Shown here: positions 43,861 through 54,660 of the stretch, piece after piece
How positions within the stretch are numbered: position 1 is the stretch's first letter
Layout of the letters: every line of letters begins with the position of its first letter
Assembly: GCA_964403505.1 (NCBI GenBank)
Contig: CAYOFP010000001.1
Span: forward strand, 70,548-134,547
Direction of reading: 5' to 3'
DNA from: an uncultured Lachnospiraceae bacterium
GTDB lineage: Bacteria; Bacillota; Clostridia; Oscillospirales; CAG-272
DNA: 64,000 bases
The notes under the pieces: generated by a model
Seen by the model: the letters and a program-made list of their open reading frames with translations, nothing else
The model's database searches: none
What the model was told of the DNA's origin: nothing
Translations under genes and position numbers: made by a program

Positions 43861-44970
43861 TTACTTTACTAATCTTATCAGTTCGTTATATATCAGCTTC
43901 TTCGAATCGGGAACGGCAAATGCTTTGATCGCCCGTGCCATTGCCGCGCGTTTTCCGCCGTCCTCGACAAGACGGGAAACTCCCTTTACAAATTCATCGG
44001 GGCTTGTATTCCCCTCCTCAAAAAGCACGGCCGCACCCTTTTCGGCGAGCGCCGCCGCATTTTTATATTGGTGGTTATCAGTAACATTCGGCGAAGGTAT
44101 CAGCACAGCCGCCTTGCCCTCGTATGCGAGCTCGGAAATGGTTACAGCACCCGCACGGTTGACGACAATATCTGCCGCCGCCATCTCGAGCGGCATATCG
44201 TATATGTATTCAACGAGCTTGATATTCTCACACTGATCAAGCCCCATTTCCTTAAACTGCGCTCCGCACAGTTCCTTTTCTATCGCACCGGTAGCATGTA
44301 CGTGATAGACCTCGGGATGATGGGCAACATAATCCCGCATGAAGGCAAGCATAAGGTCGTTCACCCTCTCTGCGCCCATACTGCCGCCACAGGAAAGCAC
44401 GAATTTCTCATATTTTCCCGTAATTCCGAGCTTTTTTCTTGCGCTCTCGTAATCTACTCCCGAAAAATCTCCACGCAGGGGATTGCCGACAAGCATGGCT
44501 TTTTCGGGGTGGGAAAGACGCTCTATCGTCTTCTCAAAATTCACGAAAATACGGTCTACCTTACTCTCGAGCATTCTGACAGCAACGCCCGGTATGGCAT
44601 TTGATTCATGAAGTGCCGTGGGGATGCCAAGCTCAGCCGCCGCCTTCACGACGGGCCAGCAAACATACCCCCCTGTGCCGACAACGAAGTCTGGCTTAAA
44701 TCTCTTTAACAGTTTTTTTGCATTATGCGGCGCTGTCAGGACATAATATGCCGTCTTTATATTTTTTAAGGAAAGAGAACGGCGCAGCCCCTCCATTTCC
44801 ACATGGAAAAGCTCATATCCCGCTTTGGGAACGAGCTTATTTTCTATCCCGTGGCTCGTACCGACAAAGGCGATCACGCTATCTGGTATATTTTCCTTTA
44901 TACTGTCGGCGATGGCAATGGCTGGATTCACATGACCGCCCGTGCCGCCGCCTGTCATAATAACTCTCAT
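43861..44970 (-). CDS. murG: UDP-N-acetylglucosamine:lipid I GlcNAc transferase MurG
   Basis: MTGGGTGGHVNPAIAIA at the N-terminus; GGSMGA; position in the dcw cluster. Confidence 0.95.
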   Translation of the reverse strand: MRVIMTGGGTGGHVNPAIAIADSIKENIPDSVIAFVGTSHGIENKLVPKAGYELFHVEMEGLRRSLSLKNIKTAYYVLTAPHNAKKLLKRFKPDFVVGTGGYVCWPVVKAAAELGIPTALHESNAIPGVAVRMLESKVDRIFVNFEKTIERLSHPEKAMLVGNPLRGDFSGVDYESARKKLGITGKYEKFVLSCGGSMGAERVNDLMLAFMRDYVAHHPEVYHVHATGAIEKELCGAQFKEMGLDQCENIKLVEYIYDMPLEMAAADIVVNRAGAVTISELAYEGKAAVLIPSPNVTDNHQYKNAAALAEKGAAVLFEEGNTSPDEFVKGVSRLVEDGGKRAAMARAIKAFAVPDSKKLIYNELIRLVK

Positions 44971-44977
44971 AAAGCAC

Positions 44978-46180
44978 CTACTTTTGTTGATAGGAATATC
45001 TGGAAATAGCGAGCAAAAGTCCCATCTCCGCCATCAGCACCGAAAGCGACGATCCTCCGTATGAGAAAAACGGAAGCGAAATACCCGTATTCGGCATGGA
45101 ATTTGTGACGACCGCCATATTCAGTATCGCCTGTATGGCGACATGGCTAACGATACCGACCGCCACAAGAGACGAGTATGTATCGGGCGCACGACGTGCT
45201 ATGTGAAGTCCGCGAAGCACAAATGCCGTAAAAAGACCTATGACACATAACGCACCGAGAAAACCGAGCTCCTCGCACACGATCGAGAAGATAAAGTCAT
45301 TCTGCGGCTGAGAGACAAACATATGCTTTTGCTTACTGTTTCCGAGTCCCACGCCGAAGAATCCGCCCGAGCCGACAGCATACAGACCCTGTATGGTCTG
45401 CCACGTGTCGTCGAGTGCATCGTAATTCTGAGGATTAAGCCATATATCGATACGCTGTCTTGCATAATCGGTAAACATAATAACGGCAAAAACTGCGGAG
45501 AGAAACATTCCGCCGCCGAGACCAAACCACAAAAGGCGTGCTCCGCCGCAGAATATGACGACCATAGCGATAAGAAACATGATGATCGTTCCCGAGAAAT
45601 GGTTCTCCGCCATGACAAGTCCGCATGCGATAACGACAAATATCGCAGGATAAAACACCCCGTATTTTGATGACGACCAGAAGTGACGGTAGTCTGTTAT
45701 CTCGCTCTGATGATTCTGCATATAAAGCGCAAGTATCATGACAAGCGCAGGCTTCATTATCTCAGATGGCTGCAAGCTGACCGGGCCGAGGTTGATCCAT
45801 CTGACCGCCTCTCCCTCGGCAAGCCCTATAACAGGCACGACCGCCAAAAGCCCTGCGGCAACGATATAAAAAGGAACGGTCATTCGTCTGATAAAATCAA
45901 TCGACAGATTGATGATAGCGATCATAGCGGCAGAGCCGAGAAGCAGGAAGAATATCTGCTTTCTGATATAGAAATAGCTATCGCCCGTCTTAACATATGC
46001 GTAGGCGTAGCTTGCGCTGAAGACCATGACCGAACCGAAGCACAAAAGCGCAATGATGATGAGCAACATAGGTCTGTCAACACCTGCACGCAAACGAACA
46101 ACATCGGCGCCTTTGACAAATCCCGTCGGTGAGAGGCTGTTATTTCGTTTTATATTTTCTTTCGTTTGCCCTCTTGCCAT
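44978..46180 (-). CDS. ftsW: SEDS-family protein FtsW/SpoVE
   Basis: A ~10-TM protein with SEDS motifs (QPSEIMKP, GLGNSKQK, LPFFSYGGSS). Confidence 0.9.
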   Translation of the reverse strand: MARGQTKENIKRNNSLSPTGFVKGADVVRLRAGVDRPMLLIIIALLCFGSVMVFSASYAYAYVKTGDSYFYIRKQIFFLLLGSAAMIAIINLSIDFIRRMTVPFYIVAAGLLAVVPVIGLAEGEAVRWINLGPVSLQPSEIMKPALVMILALYMQNHQSEITDYRHFWSSSKYGVFYPAIFVVIACGLVMAENHFSGTIIMFLIAMVVIFCGGARLLWFGLGGGMFLSAVFAVIMFTDYARQRIDIWLNPQNYDALDDTWQTIQGLYAVGSGGFFGVGLGNSKQKHMFVSQPQNDFIFSIVCEELGFLGALCVIGLFTAFVLRGLHIARRAPDTYSSLVAVGIVSHVAIQAILNMAVVTNSMPNTGISLPFFSYGGSSLSVLMAEMGLLLAISRYSYQQK

Positions 46181-46196
46181 TTTCTCTCCGTTAAGA

Positions 46197-47204
46197 CTAT
46201 ATACCGAAATAGGATACTGCGCATAAAAGCGCTGTAATACATGAAAATACTGCGACGATCTTTATCTCGCTCCAGCCGCACTGCTCGAAATGATGGTGGA
46301 TCGGCGCCATTTTGAAAAAGCGTTTTCCGCGGGTAAGTTTGAAATATGTGACCTGTATCATAACAGATAACGTCTCGATAATATAGACAAAGCCGCAGAT
46401 CACGATAATAAGCGGATTATTTATCATAAACGCCATACCGACTACGAGACCGCCTAAGAAAAGCGAACCGGTATCGCCCATAAAGACCCGTGCCGGGTAG
46501 AAATTATATACCAAAAAGCCGAGGCATCCGCCGATGCAAAGCGCCGAAAGGAGCACCGTCTCTCTGCTGCCGAGGGAAAATCCGACGACGGCAAAAAAAC
46601 CGCCGATCACCGCCGTGATGCTGCTGCACAGTCCGTCGATACCGTCATTCAGATTCACGCTGTTCATGATCCCTGTAATGAGGACGAGTGATATTATGTA
46701 ATATACGATCCCGAGCTCGAGCGATATTCCGGTAAACGGGATACGCATGCTCGTGGTGATACTGTCCGTTATACGCAGAGCGAAAAGATATCCGCCGGCG
46801 AGAACCACCTGCAAAAAGAACTTCTGCCATGCAAGCAGCCCTTCATTTTGTTTTTTGCGGAGCTTTGCAAAGTCATCGATCATTCCAATGACGCCCGAGA
46901 GTACTGCCATGACAAATGTTATGATCAGTTTCAGAGGCGACGTCATCTTGCCCATGATGCACATAGCACAAAGAACGATTACAAAGACCGCCGCCATCGG
47001 CACGATGAAGCCGAGACCGCCCATCGTGGGCGTACCATCCTTATTTTTATGCCATCTCGGTCCTATCTCGAGTATCTTCTGACCCATTTTCATGCTCTTC
47101 AAAACAGGGATCAGCCATTTCTCGGCGACTGCCGTCATGACGAAAGTAAAAAACAGGCTGATGATAAACATCGTGAATGTCATGTGATCCTCTACCCACT
47201 GCAT
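46197..47204 (-). CDS. mraY: Phospho-N-acetylmuramoyl-pentapeptide transferase MraY
   Basis: KDGTPTMGG, NLNDGIDGL, MGDTGSLFLGG and PIHHHFE motifs. Confidence 0.97.
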   Translation of the reverse strand: MQWVEDHMTFTMFIISLFFTFVMTAVAEKWLIPVLKSMKMGQKILEIGPRWHKNKDGTPTMGGLGFIVPMAAVFVIVLCAMCIMGKMTSPLKLIITFVMAVLSGVIGMIDDFAKLRKKQNEGLLAWQKFFLQVVLAGGYLFALRITDSITTSMRIPFTGISLELGIVYYIISLVLITGIMNSVNLNDGIDGLCSSITAVIGGFFAVVGFSLGSRETVLLSALCIGGCLGFLVYNFYPARVFMGDTGSLFLGGLVVGMAFMINNPLIIVICGFVYIIETLSVMIQVTYFKLTRGKRFFKMAPIHHHFEQCGWSEIKIVAVFSCITALLCAVSYFGI

Positions 47205-47208
47205 ACTC

Positions 47209-48627
47209 TTACGACTCCTTGAATGATTCTATTACTCTCTCGAGCTTTACTGCCCTGCTCGCCTTAAAAAGCACCGCATCGTTTTCCTTTATCTCCGCTT
47301 TCAGCGTATCGGCGAGCGCCGATACTGCCTCGAGATCACGGAAAACGAAGATGTCCGCCTCATTCATTCCGGCAGCCTTTGCGCCGTATGCGATAAACGA
47401 GGCATCCGGGCCGAAGGTGTATAACCTGTCTATTTTCAACTCCGCCACCTTGCGCCCGACCTCCTCGTGTAATTCACGGGAATAATCGCCCAGCTCACGC
47501 ATATCGCCGAGTACGGCGATGCTCCTGCTGTTTTCCCTGTGCGCTATCATATCGAGCACCGAAAGGGACGCGCTCATGGAAAGAGGTGCGGCGTTATAGC
47601 AATCTTCGATGATCGTCACACTGTTTTCCTTGTAAATATTCTGGCGCATACCGGTATTTTTGAAATTGCGCAGACCTGCCTTTATCGTGTCCTCGTCAAG
47701 GCCGCATTCACAGCCCACAGCATAAGCGAGCGCCGCATCGAAGACATTGTGTTCTCCTATTACAGGGATGGTAATATCCTCGATCCTCTTGCCGCCGTGT
47801 ATGATATTGAAGGTGGTACAAACTCCGTCGTGACTGATGATGTCACAGACGAGGTAGTCCGCATTCTTATTCTTTATCGCTACGTATACTCCGCCGTCCA
47901 CGCCGGAAAGCAGAGGCTCGTCGCCGTTCAGTATGGTTTTACCTCCGGACTTCAGCGCACTTCTCACCTCGAGCTTTGCATCTCTAATTCCCTCACGGGA
48001 TCCGAGCGTCTCAATATGCGAGTCGCCGATATTCGTGATGACCGCCATATCGGGACAGGCAAGGTGTGAAAGATACTCTATCTCTCCCTTGGCGCTCATA
48101 CCCATTTCGAGCACGAGATATCTTGTTCCCGGCTCTATTTTCAGCATGGTAAGCGGCAAGCCTATATTATTATTGAAGTTCCCCTCTGTCTTGCAGGTCT
48201 TATCACCCTCATTCAGAACGGAATATATGAATTCCTTTGTCGTGGTCTTTCCCGTACTGCCCGTCACGGCGACCGTATAAGGAGACACCTTCTCCTTCTG
48301 GTACTTTGAGACTGCGCCGAGCGCCCACACGGTATCGTTTACGACCACAGCACAGCAGTCAAGCGGTATCACGCCATCCTTAATATTATCGACGAGCACG
48401 CAGGACGCACCTGCACGGTATGCATCCTCCACGAAGTCATGACCGTCAAACCGCTCTCCCCGTATCGCAACATACATAGAGCCCGGCTCGATACATCTCG
48501 AGTCGTTGGTAATGCCGATGATGGGATTGTTCGCTCCGATGAGCTTCCCCCCTGTTACGCGTGCTATAAGTGATGGATATATTCCGTTTTCAATGTGAAT
48601 GTTCATTTTACTTCTGCCTGTTTTCAT
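47209..48627 (-). CDS. murF: UDP-MurNAc-tripeptide:D-Ala-D-Ala ligase MurF
   Basis: Mur ligase P-loop VTGSTGKTTTKE and cluster position. An alternative start lies at 48606. Confidence 0.93.
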   Translation of the reverse strand: MKTGRSKMNIHIENGIYPSLIARVTGGKLIGANNPIIGITNDSRCIEPGSMYVAIRGERFDGHDFVEDAYRAGASCVLVDNIKDGVIPLDCCAVVVNDTVWALGAVSKYQKEKVSPYTVAVTGSTGKTTTKEFIYSVLNEGDKTCKTEGNFNNNIGLPLTMLKIEPGTRYLVLEMGMSAKGEIEYLSHLACPDMAVITNIGDSHIETLGSREGIRDAKLEVRSALKSGGKTILNGDEPLLSGVDGGVYVAIKNKNADYLVCDIISHDGVCTTFNIIHGGKRIEDITIPVIGEHNVFDAALAYAVGCECGLDEDTIKAGLRNFKNTGMRQNIYKENSVTIIEDCYNAAPLSMSASLSVLDMIAHRENSRSIAVLGDMRELGDYSRELHEEVGRKVAELKIDRLYTFGPDASFIAYGAKAAGMNEADIFVFRDLEAVSALADTLKAEIKENDAVLFKASRAVKLERVIESFKES

Positions 48628-50074
48628 TTAAAATTCTGTCGATGATTTCTTTTTCCGAGAAAGGGTGTATCCCGTCATTTAAGATCTGATAATCCTCATG
48701 GCCTTTTCCCGCCACGAGCACAGTATCTCCCGGCTTTGCATATGAGAGCGCATATTCCAAAGCCGCCTTTCTCTCACGCACGACCGCCATTTTCCCCTTG
48801 CCGTCAATACCCGACAGTATGTCGGCTATGATATCGTCCGGGTCTTCGCTCCTTGGATTATCCGACGTGATCACGGTAAAGTCCGCTCCGTCGGTGGCGA
48901 TACGACCCATCAGAGGCCGTTTCTGCTTATCCCTGTCTCCGCCGCATCCGAAGACGACGATGAGCTCGCCTTTTGTTACGGCTCTGAGCTCGGAGATGAT
49001 CTTTTCGAGTGCGTCGGGCGTATGTGCATAATCAATGTACACCGAAAAACCCTTGTCACACGGGAGCTTTTCTGCTCTGCCGCATATCGCCTTGAGAGAG
49101 GCGATTCCCTCCTGTATTACAGGCGAGGGTATGCCGATTTCATATGCGCAGGCGGCGGCAGCCAAAGAGTTATAGACATTGAACACGCCTACCGTCGGAG
49201 TAAACACCCCGAAAAGCTCTTTTTTGCAGGCGATAAGGTATTCCTGCCCCTCTTCTTTTACTTCGCGCTGATACGCAAAATAATCTGCGCCCCGCTCATG
49301 CAGGGAGAATGTCCGCATCACGCACTGCGCGCCCTGCGTCACTAGCGGAAAATATCCGTCATCCACGTTCGCTATGCCTGTTTTGCAGTTTTTGAAAAGC
49401 CTTGATTTTGCCTTTGCATAATCTGACATCGTCGGGTGAAAATCAAGATGCTCGGGCGATAGATTCGTAAAAATTCCGTGATCAAAACAGATCCCGTGCA
49501 GTCTGTCGAGAGCGAGCGCATGGCTCGATGCCTCCATAACGACTGCATTTGCACCACGTGAGCGCATTTTATCGAGCAGCTTGAAAAGCAGCCCGGGATC
49601 GGGGGTCGTCATACTGCCGCCCTCGAGCACCTCTCCGTCCACGCTGTTGCTGATACTGCCGATAATCCCTGTTTTTATACCGGCTTTTGCAAATATCGAA
49701 GCAAGGAATGCACATGTCGAGGTCTTTCCGTTTGTCCCTGTCACAGCGATCATCCTCATACTTTTCTGAGGATTACCGTACCACGCACTCCACATAAGCG
49801 AGAGCGCTTTCCTCGTGGAATCCGTAAGGATATACGGCACGCCGAGGCGGACGATATCATCCGTAATACGCTCGCACACGATGACGGATGCACCGCACAG
49901 CACCGCACGGTCGATGTAATCATGTCCGTCATGCGTGATGCCTGATATACATACGAAAACACTGCCCGTAACTACCTTTTCTGATGAATCGGTCAGAGAC
50001 GAAATCCCTGCGGAAAAATCCGAAATATTTGTTTTTAATATTTTAACGTCCCGTATCAGTGAATAAAGACGCAA
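48608..50074 (-). CDS. murE: UDP-MurNAc-L-Ala-D-Glu:diamino acid ligase MurE
   Basis: VTGTNGKTST P-loop, DYAHTPDAL, GCGGDRDKQKRP. Confidence 0.95.
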   Translation of the reverse strand: MRLYSLIRDVKILKTNISDFSAGISSLTDSSEKVVTGSVFVCISGITHDGHDYIDRAVLCGASVIVCERITDDIVRLGVPYILTDSTRKALSLMWSAWYGNPQKSMRMIAVTGTNGKTSTCAFLASIFAKAGIKTGIIGSISNSVDGEVLEGGSMTTPDPGLLFKLLDKMRSRGANAVVMEASSHALALDRLHGICFDHGIFTNLSPEHLDFHPTMSDYAKAKSRLFKNCKTGIANVDDGYFPLVTQGAQCVMRTFSLHERGADYFAYQREVKEEGQEYLIACKKELFGVFTPTVGVFNVYNSLAAAACAYEIGIPSPVIQEGIASLKAICGRAEKLPCDKGFSVYIDYAHTPDALEKIISELRAVTKGELIVVFGCGGDRDKQKRPLMGRIATDGADFTVITSDNPRSEDPDDIIADILSGIDGKGKMAVVRERKAALEYALSYAKPGDTVLVAGKGHEDYQILNDGIHPFSEKEIIDRILNENRQK

Positions 50075-50281
50075 AAATCATCAGCTCCGAAAAAATATTA
50101 TTATGGCAATGCCGCACAATTCTGACGGCACACTTGAAACGCATATTTTCCGTCATACTTCACAAATTTCGTCGCAGAAGACTCTACTCTTGCCTCCTCA
50201 ATTTGTATCGTCTGACGAAAAATCTGTCGGTGCAATTGCACCGTCAGAATTATGCGGTATTGCCTTTTTTCGTCCTTGTTT

Positions 50282-52507
50282 TTATCCGTCGTTCGCGCCT
50301 GTCGTGAACATGAGCTCGACCTTGACAAGCGTTCCTTTTGTGACCATGGTGCCGGCAGGTATGCTCTGCGAATAGACAACAGAACCGTTACCTTCGGCGC
50401 CTGATATATTGACATTCAGTCCGATAGAGGCAAGCGCATAATTTGCCTGCGCCGCACTCTTGCCGGTGAGATCCGGCACGGATATTGTATCCTCGGGAAC
50501 TTCGTTTCCTGTATAAAGGATAACGCGTCCCGTTTCCTTTTCGACCTGAGAGCCGCTCGAGGGCACCTGAGCCGTGACGGTATCGCCGTCTCCGACGATC
50601 TCGACATCAATGCCGAGGATATCGATCGCAGCCCGCGCCTTTGTCGTCTCCAGATTCACACAGTTTGTGACCGTGACCTCGGATGCTATCTCGCCGCGGT
50701 CTACGCCTAAGTACGGCAATATCTCCTCGAGAACATTCGCAACGAACGGTGCGGCGATATATGAGCCGAAAAGCGAGCCGACCGTAGGTTCATCGACTAT
50801 GATAATGACTGCTACCTGCGGATCGTCCGAGGGGGCGTATGCAACTGTCGAGCAGACGACATACTTTGTTTTACCCTCTTCATCGACCTGATCTCGCACC
50901 TCACTCGTTCCCGTCTTGCCTGCGACCTTATATCCCGATACACGTGTATTCTTCGCTCCGCCGTCATGTGCGACGCCGTCCTCGAGCACTTCGGATATCT
51001 TTTTACATACATCGGTGCTGACCACCTGATATTTGACAGAATCGCTGAAATCCGCTACGACATTTCCGTCGTCATCGATCAGCTTGCTCACTACATGAGG
51101 TGTGACGAGATACCCGCCGTTCGCCACCGCCGATATCGCAGTGATCTGCTGAAGCTCGGTCGTCTTGAACGTCTGACCGAAGGAATAGACGGCGAGCTCG
51201 ACCTGATTAAACGCACTGTACGAATGGTAAACGCCGTAGCTCTCGCCGGGCAGGTCGATACCGGTTTTCGTAGTATATCCGTATGCCTCAAAATAGGAAT
51301 AAAACTTTTCCATACCTATTCTCTCAACAACCTGCATCAGCGTCGGGTTACAGGACTGCTGAAGCATATACCAATACGGATGTGTGCCGTGTCCCGAGTG
51401 TTTATGACAGGAGATCGGTTTATTCCATCCCTCGACTCGGTACGAGCCGGAGCAGGAGAATTCTTCATCGAAATTTGTACAGTTTTCCTCGAGCGCCATC
51501 GAGGTCGTGATCACCTTAAAGGTCGAACCGGGCTCATATAGCTCGGATACGCATTTGTTTTTCCACATGGAATAAACAAGCTCGTAAAACTTCTCGGTAT
51601 ATTCTTTCGACCCTTCTTCAAGGCCCGATTCCTTCAAAATATTCTGCGATTCTTCGCTGAGCTCAAACGGGTTATTTAAGTCAAAGGACGGGTATGTGCC
51701 CATTGCGTATACCTCGCCGTTATTCGGGTTCATAACGATACCCGCCACACGGTTGAGCGGCGAGGAATTCTGATACGCCGCCTCGAGCTGTTCCTCGAGA
51801 ACCGCCTGTATGGTGGTATCGAGTGTCGTGACGACGTTATATCCGTTCGTCGCATCGATATAGGTATCGTATTTGAAAGGCAGGCTTCCGCCGTTACCGC
51901 TTTTTGCGGTTATGTATTTACCGTCCGTGCCTTTCAGAGATTTGTCAAACGAGAGCTCAATGCCGGCCAGCCCTTGGTCTGTTCCGGCGACACCTATCGT
52001 AGCTGCAGCGAGGCTGGAATACGGATAATACCGTTTTGACGACGCCTCGAGATATATCATCTTTGATAATTCATTTGCACTGATGAACTCACGCACAAGA
52101 TCCGCCGTGTCGGAATCAACATTTTTCTTTATGGTCTCATCCGCACGTTTTTCCTTCTGCGTTTTCTCATAGACCATATCGTAGTCAACATCGAGTATGT
52201 GTGACAGATTCTCACTGATCAGCTTCGCCTGCTCGGCATTTTCTATCCTGTTCGGGGCGATAAATACACGGTATGTCGTAATATTTGAGGCAAGCTGTAT
52301 CATATTGCGGTCGTATATCGTTCCCCGGTCGGCCTTTATCGTCGTCTCACGTTCGATATTGTCTGCGACCGCCGCCTTGTAATCGTCATATTTGAGTACC
52401 TGGAGGAAAAACAGACGGCCGATCAGCCCTGCCCAAAGTGCGGCAAACGCCAGAAACAGTATCACTCTGCGCTTATTCATGACTTTTCCGTTACGTTCAG
52501 ACGCCAT
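50282..52507 (-). CDS. Class B penicillin-binding protein (FtsI/PBP2B/SpoVD type) with two C-terminal PASTA domains
   Basis: N-terminal TM helix; transpeptidase motifs STFK, SCN and KTGT; two PASTA-like repeats at the C-terminus. Confidence 0.93.
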   Translation of the reverse strand: MASERNGKVMNKRRVILFLAFAALWAGLIGRLFFLQVLKYDDYKAAVADNIERETTIKADRGTIYDRNMIQLASNITTYRVFIAPNRIENAEQAKLISENLSHILDVDYDMVYEKTQKEKRADETIKKNVDSDTADLVREFISANELSKMIYLEASSKRYYPYSSLAAATIGVAGTDQGLAGIELSFDKSLKGTDGKYITAKSGNGGSLPFKYDTYIDATNGYNVVTTLDTTIQAVLEEQLEAAYQNSSPLNRVAGIVMNPNNGEVYAMGTYPSFDLNNPFELSEESQNILKESGLEEGSKEYTEKFYELVYSMWKNKCVSELYEPGSTFKVITTSMALEENCTNFDEEFSCSGSYRVEGWNKPISCHKHSGHGTHPYWYMLQQSCNPTLMQVVERIGMEKFYSYFEAYGYTTKTGIDLPGESYGVYHSYSAFNQVELAVYSFGQTFKTTELQQITAISAVANGGYLVTPHVVSKLIDDDGNVVADFSDSVKYQVVSTDVCKKISEVLEDGVAHDGGAKNTRVSGYKVAGKTGTSEVRDQVDEEGKTKYVVCSTVAYAPSDDPQVAVIIIVDEPTVGSLFGSYIAAPFVANVLEEILPYLGVDRGEIASEVTVTNCVNLETTKARAAIDILGIDVEIVGDGDTVTAQVPSSGSQVEKETGRVILYTGNEVPEDTISVPDLTGKSAAQANYALASIGLNVNISGAEGNGSVVYSQSIPAGTMVTKGTLVKVELMFTTGANDG

Positions 52508-52545
52508 GTGCTCATCCTCCTCTCACATAATCTTACTTGCCTTTT

Positions 52546-53196
52546 CTAAAATATATTCCTGAAATATTCACTTATCTTCCCGAATATATTCTCAAAAAAA
52601 TCTGCGATACCGGTCTTCTCTCCTCCCGGCACCTCTACTTTATCTTCGTTTTGTATATTGATATATCTCTTTTCGACCTTGTCGCTTTTTACCATGCCGA
52701 GCTCCTCGGCCTGTTTCTCAAAATCGAGCAGGTCATTTTTTCGCTCGAGCGTCAGATTCAGCGTTTTTCTCTGTGATATCAGCACAAGCATCTCATCCTG
52801 CATATCACTGTATTTATTCGTCAGCTCGTTGATACGCACATAGTTCAAAACAAGCGCCATGACGATAACGGTACAGGCTGCAGCGACGATCATCGCCTGC
52901 CATGGAAAATTTCCGCTCTTGACCTTGACTGTTTCTATTTTCTTTCCGCCTATGATGCCGTATAAGAATTTGCTTTTCTTACGCTTTACCTGCCGCGGCT
53001 CGACATGCCCGAATTCCGCTGTCACCTGTGCAGGCGCACGGCGGCCGCGGGGACGGCGCATACGGTCGCCCGTATTCACGCCCGTACCGTTATAGGTCGG
53101 CTTGTTTGTCGCTCTTTTTGCGGGCGTGCGGCGTGCACGTGCGTGCGTAGTGGAAGAAGACGCACTGCCGGAGCGATTATTTTTCTGATCTGCCAT
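52546..53196 (-). CDS. ftsL: FtsL-like cell division protein (basic N-terminal region, one TM helix, coiled coil)
   Basis: The ATG at 53196 follows AAGGAGGA. TM helix WQAMIVAAACTVIVMALVLNYV followed by a heptad region. It lies between rsmH and the PBP gene. Confidence 0.65.
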   Translation of the reverse strand: MADQKNNRSGSASSSTTHARARRTPAKRATNKPTYNGTGVNTGDRMRRPRGRRAPAQVTAEFGHVEPRQVKRKKSKFLYGIIGGKKIETVKVKSGNFPWQAMIVAAACTVIVMALVLNYVRINELTNKYSDMQDEMLVLISQRKTLNLTLERKNDLLDFEKQAEELGMVKSDKVEKRYINIQNEDKVEVPGGEKTGIADFFENIFGKISEYFRNIF

Positions 53197-53206
53197 GCGT
53201 CCTCCT

Positions 53207-54142
53207 TTATATTCTTTCAGCCACACGCAGTTTAGCGCTGCGCGAGCGCGGATTTTCGTCAAGCTCGGAAAGAGACGGTTCGATCGGCTTTCTCGATACG
53301 AGCTTTATCTGCGGTACTTTTCCGCATACGCATACGGGAAAATCGGGCGGACAGGTACATCCCTTGGCAAGAGCTGAAAAAGTCTGCTTGGTTATCCTGT
53401 CCTCGAGCGAATGAAATGTGATCACCGCCAGACGGCCGCCGGCAGTCAATGACTCTGCGAGCGCACGGAGCGTCGGCTCGATGATATTTAACTCGTTATT
53501 TACCTCTATCCTTATCGCCTGAAATGTCTTTTTTGCAGGGTGGTGACCGCCTGCCTTTACCTTATTCGGCAATGCGTCCTTTATAATATCGACAAGCTCA
53601 GATGTAGTGGAAACGGGCGCCGCAGCTCTCGCCTTCACAATTGCACGGGAGATCTGAGGAGCATATGACTCCTCACCGTATGTATATAATATTCTCCTGA
53701 TATCCGCTTCATCATAGCCGTTCACGATGTCGTAGGCTGTCAGGCTCTCGCCACGATCCATGCGCATATCAAGCGGCGCATCCTGCATATAGGAAAATCC
53801 CCGCTCGGCGGTATCGAGCTGAAAAGAAGATACGCCGAGGTCGATTAAAGCGCCATCTATCTTGTCAATACTAAGGCTGTCAAGCACATCACGCACCGAG
53901 GAAAAATTCGCGTGGACGAATGTGACCTTGTCCGAAAAAGCAGAAAGCCGTGCCTGCGCCGCCTTAATTGCATCGCTGTCACGGTCAATGGAGATGAGCC
54001 GACCTTTTCCGAGTCTTTTCGCAATGGCAAGGGAGTGTCCGCCTCCGCCTGCCGTGCAGTCGACATAGATACCGTCCGGCTTTATTTCAAGTGCCGCAAT
54101 GCTCTCGCGGAGCATCACAGAGTAATGACTATATTCCATCAA
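53207..54142 (-). CDS. rsmH: 16S rRNA (cytosine1402-N4)-methyltransferase RsmH (MraW)
   Basis: HYSVMLRE, DCTAGGGGHS, FHSLEDR. Confidence 0.96.
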   Translation of the reverse strand: MMEYSHYSVMLRESIAALEIKPDGIYVDCTAGGGGHSLAIAKRLGKGRLISIDRDSDAIKAAQARLSAFSDKVTFVHANFSSVRDVLDSLSIDKIDGALIDLGVSSFQLDTAERGFSYMQDAPLDMRMDRGESLTAYDIVNGYDEADIRRILYTYGEESYAPQISRAIVKARAAAPVSTTSELVDIIKDALPNKVKAGGHHPAKKTFQAIRIEVNNELNIIEPTLRALAESLTAGGRLAVITFHSLEDRITKQTFSALAKGCTCPPDFPVCVCGKVPQIKLVSRKPIEPSLSELDENPRSRSAKLRVAERI

Positions 54143-54558
54143 AAACCTAATTCTATCAGCATTTTCTCCATGCTCTCACGGTCGGAGCTTTCCTGCTCTG
54201 ACTGCCAGATCTGAGATGACCATATCTCGGCCTTCTGTCCTGTTCCTATTATTATAACACATTTTTCGAGTTTTGCATAGTCTCTTAGCAAAGATGGTAT
54301 AATTATCCTGCCCTGCGTGTCAATGGTACACTCGACCGCCGAAGAATAAATGAATCTCTTTAGGTGTCTCGACTGTGTCGCGGGAAGCTTCTCGAGGTTG
54401 GATGCGAAGTTTTCCCATTCTACGGAAGAATACACGGTGATACATTCATCAATTCCCCGAACGAGCACGACGTCAGAGCCAAGCTTCTCACGAACCTTGG
54501 CCGGGATGAATATTCTGTTTTTAGAATCGAGTGTTGCCTCGTAACTTCCCGAAATCAT
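54139..54558 (-). CDS. mraZ: Transcriptional regulator MraZ
   Basis: 139 aa with the duplicated DxxxR-type halves (LDSKNRIFIPAKVR / IDTQGRIIIPSLLR). Confidence 0.93.
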   Translation of the reverse strand: MISGSYEATLDSKNRIFIPAKVREKLGSDVVLVRGIDECITVYSSVEWENFASNLEKLPATQSRHLKRFIYSSAVECTIDTQGRIIIPSLLRDYAKLEKCVIIIGTGQKAEIWSSQIWQSEQESSDRESMEKMLIELGF

Positions 54559-54660
54559 GCTCTCTCCTGATCGTTTTATATAAATGAATGTCGTTTTTTA
54601 TCGTATTTACCCTCTCACGAGGGCACAGCCTGTGCAAATGTTCAAAACTCCTGTGGAAAA

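Noticed and set aside
52546-53262. The full-length 238-aa reading of the ftsL-like ORF, and the similar 5'-extended readings of coaD (61353), the acetyltransferase (33734) and the lipoproteins, could be correct.
   Set aside because: The extensions overlap the upstream genes and lack an RBS. Internal ATGs sit at ideal spacing from strong Shine-Dalgarno sequences and give canonical N-termini.
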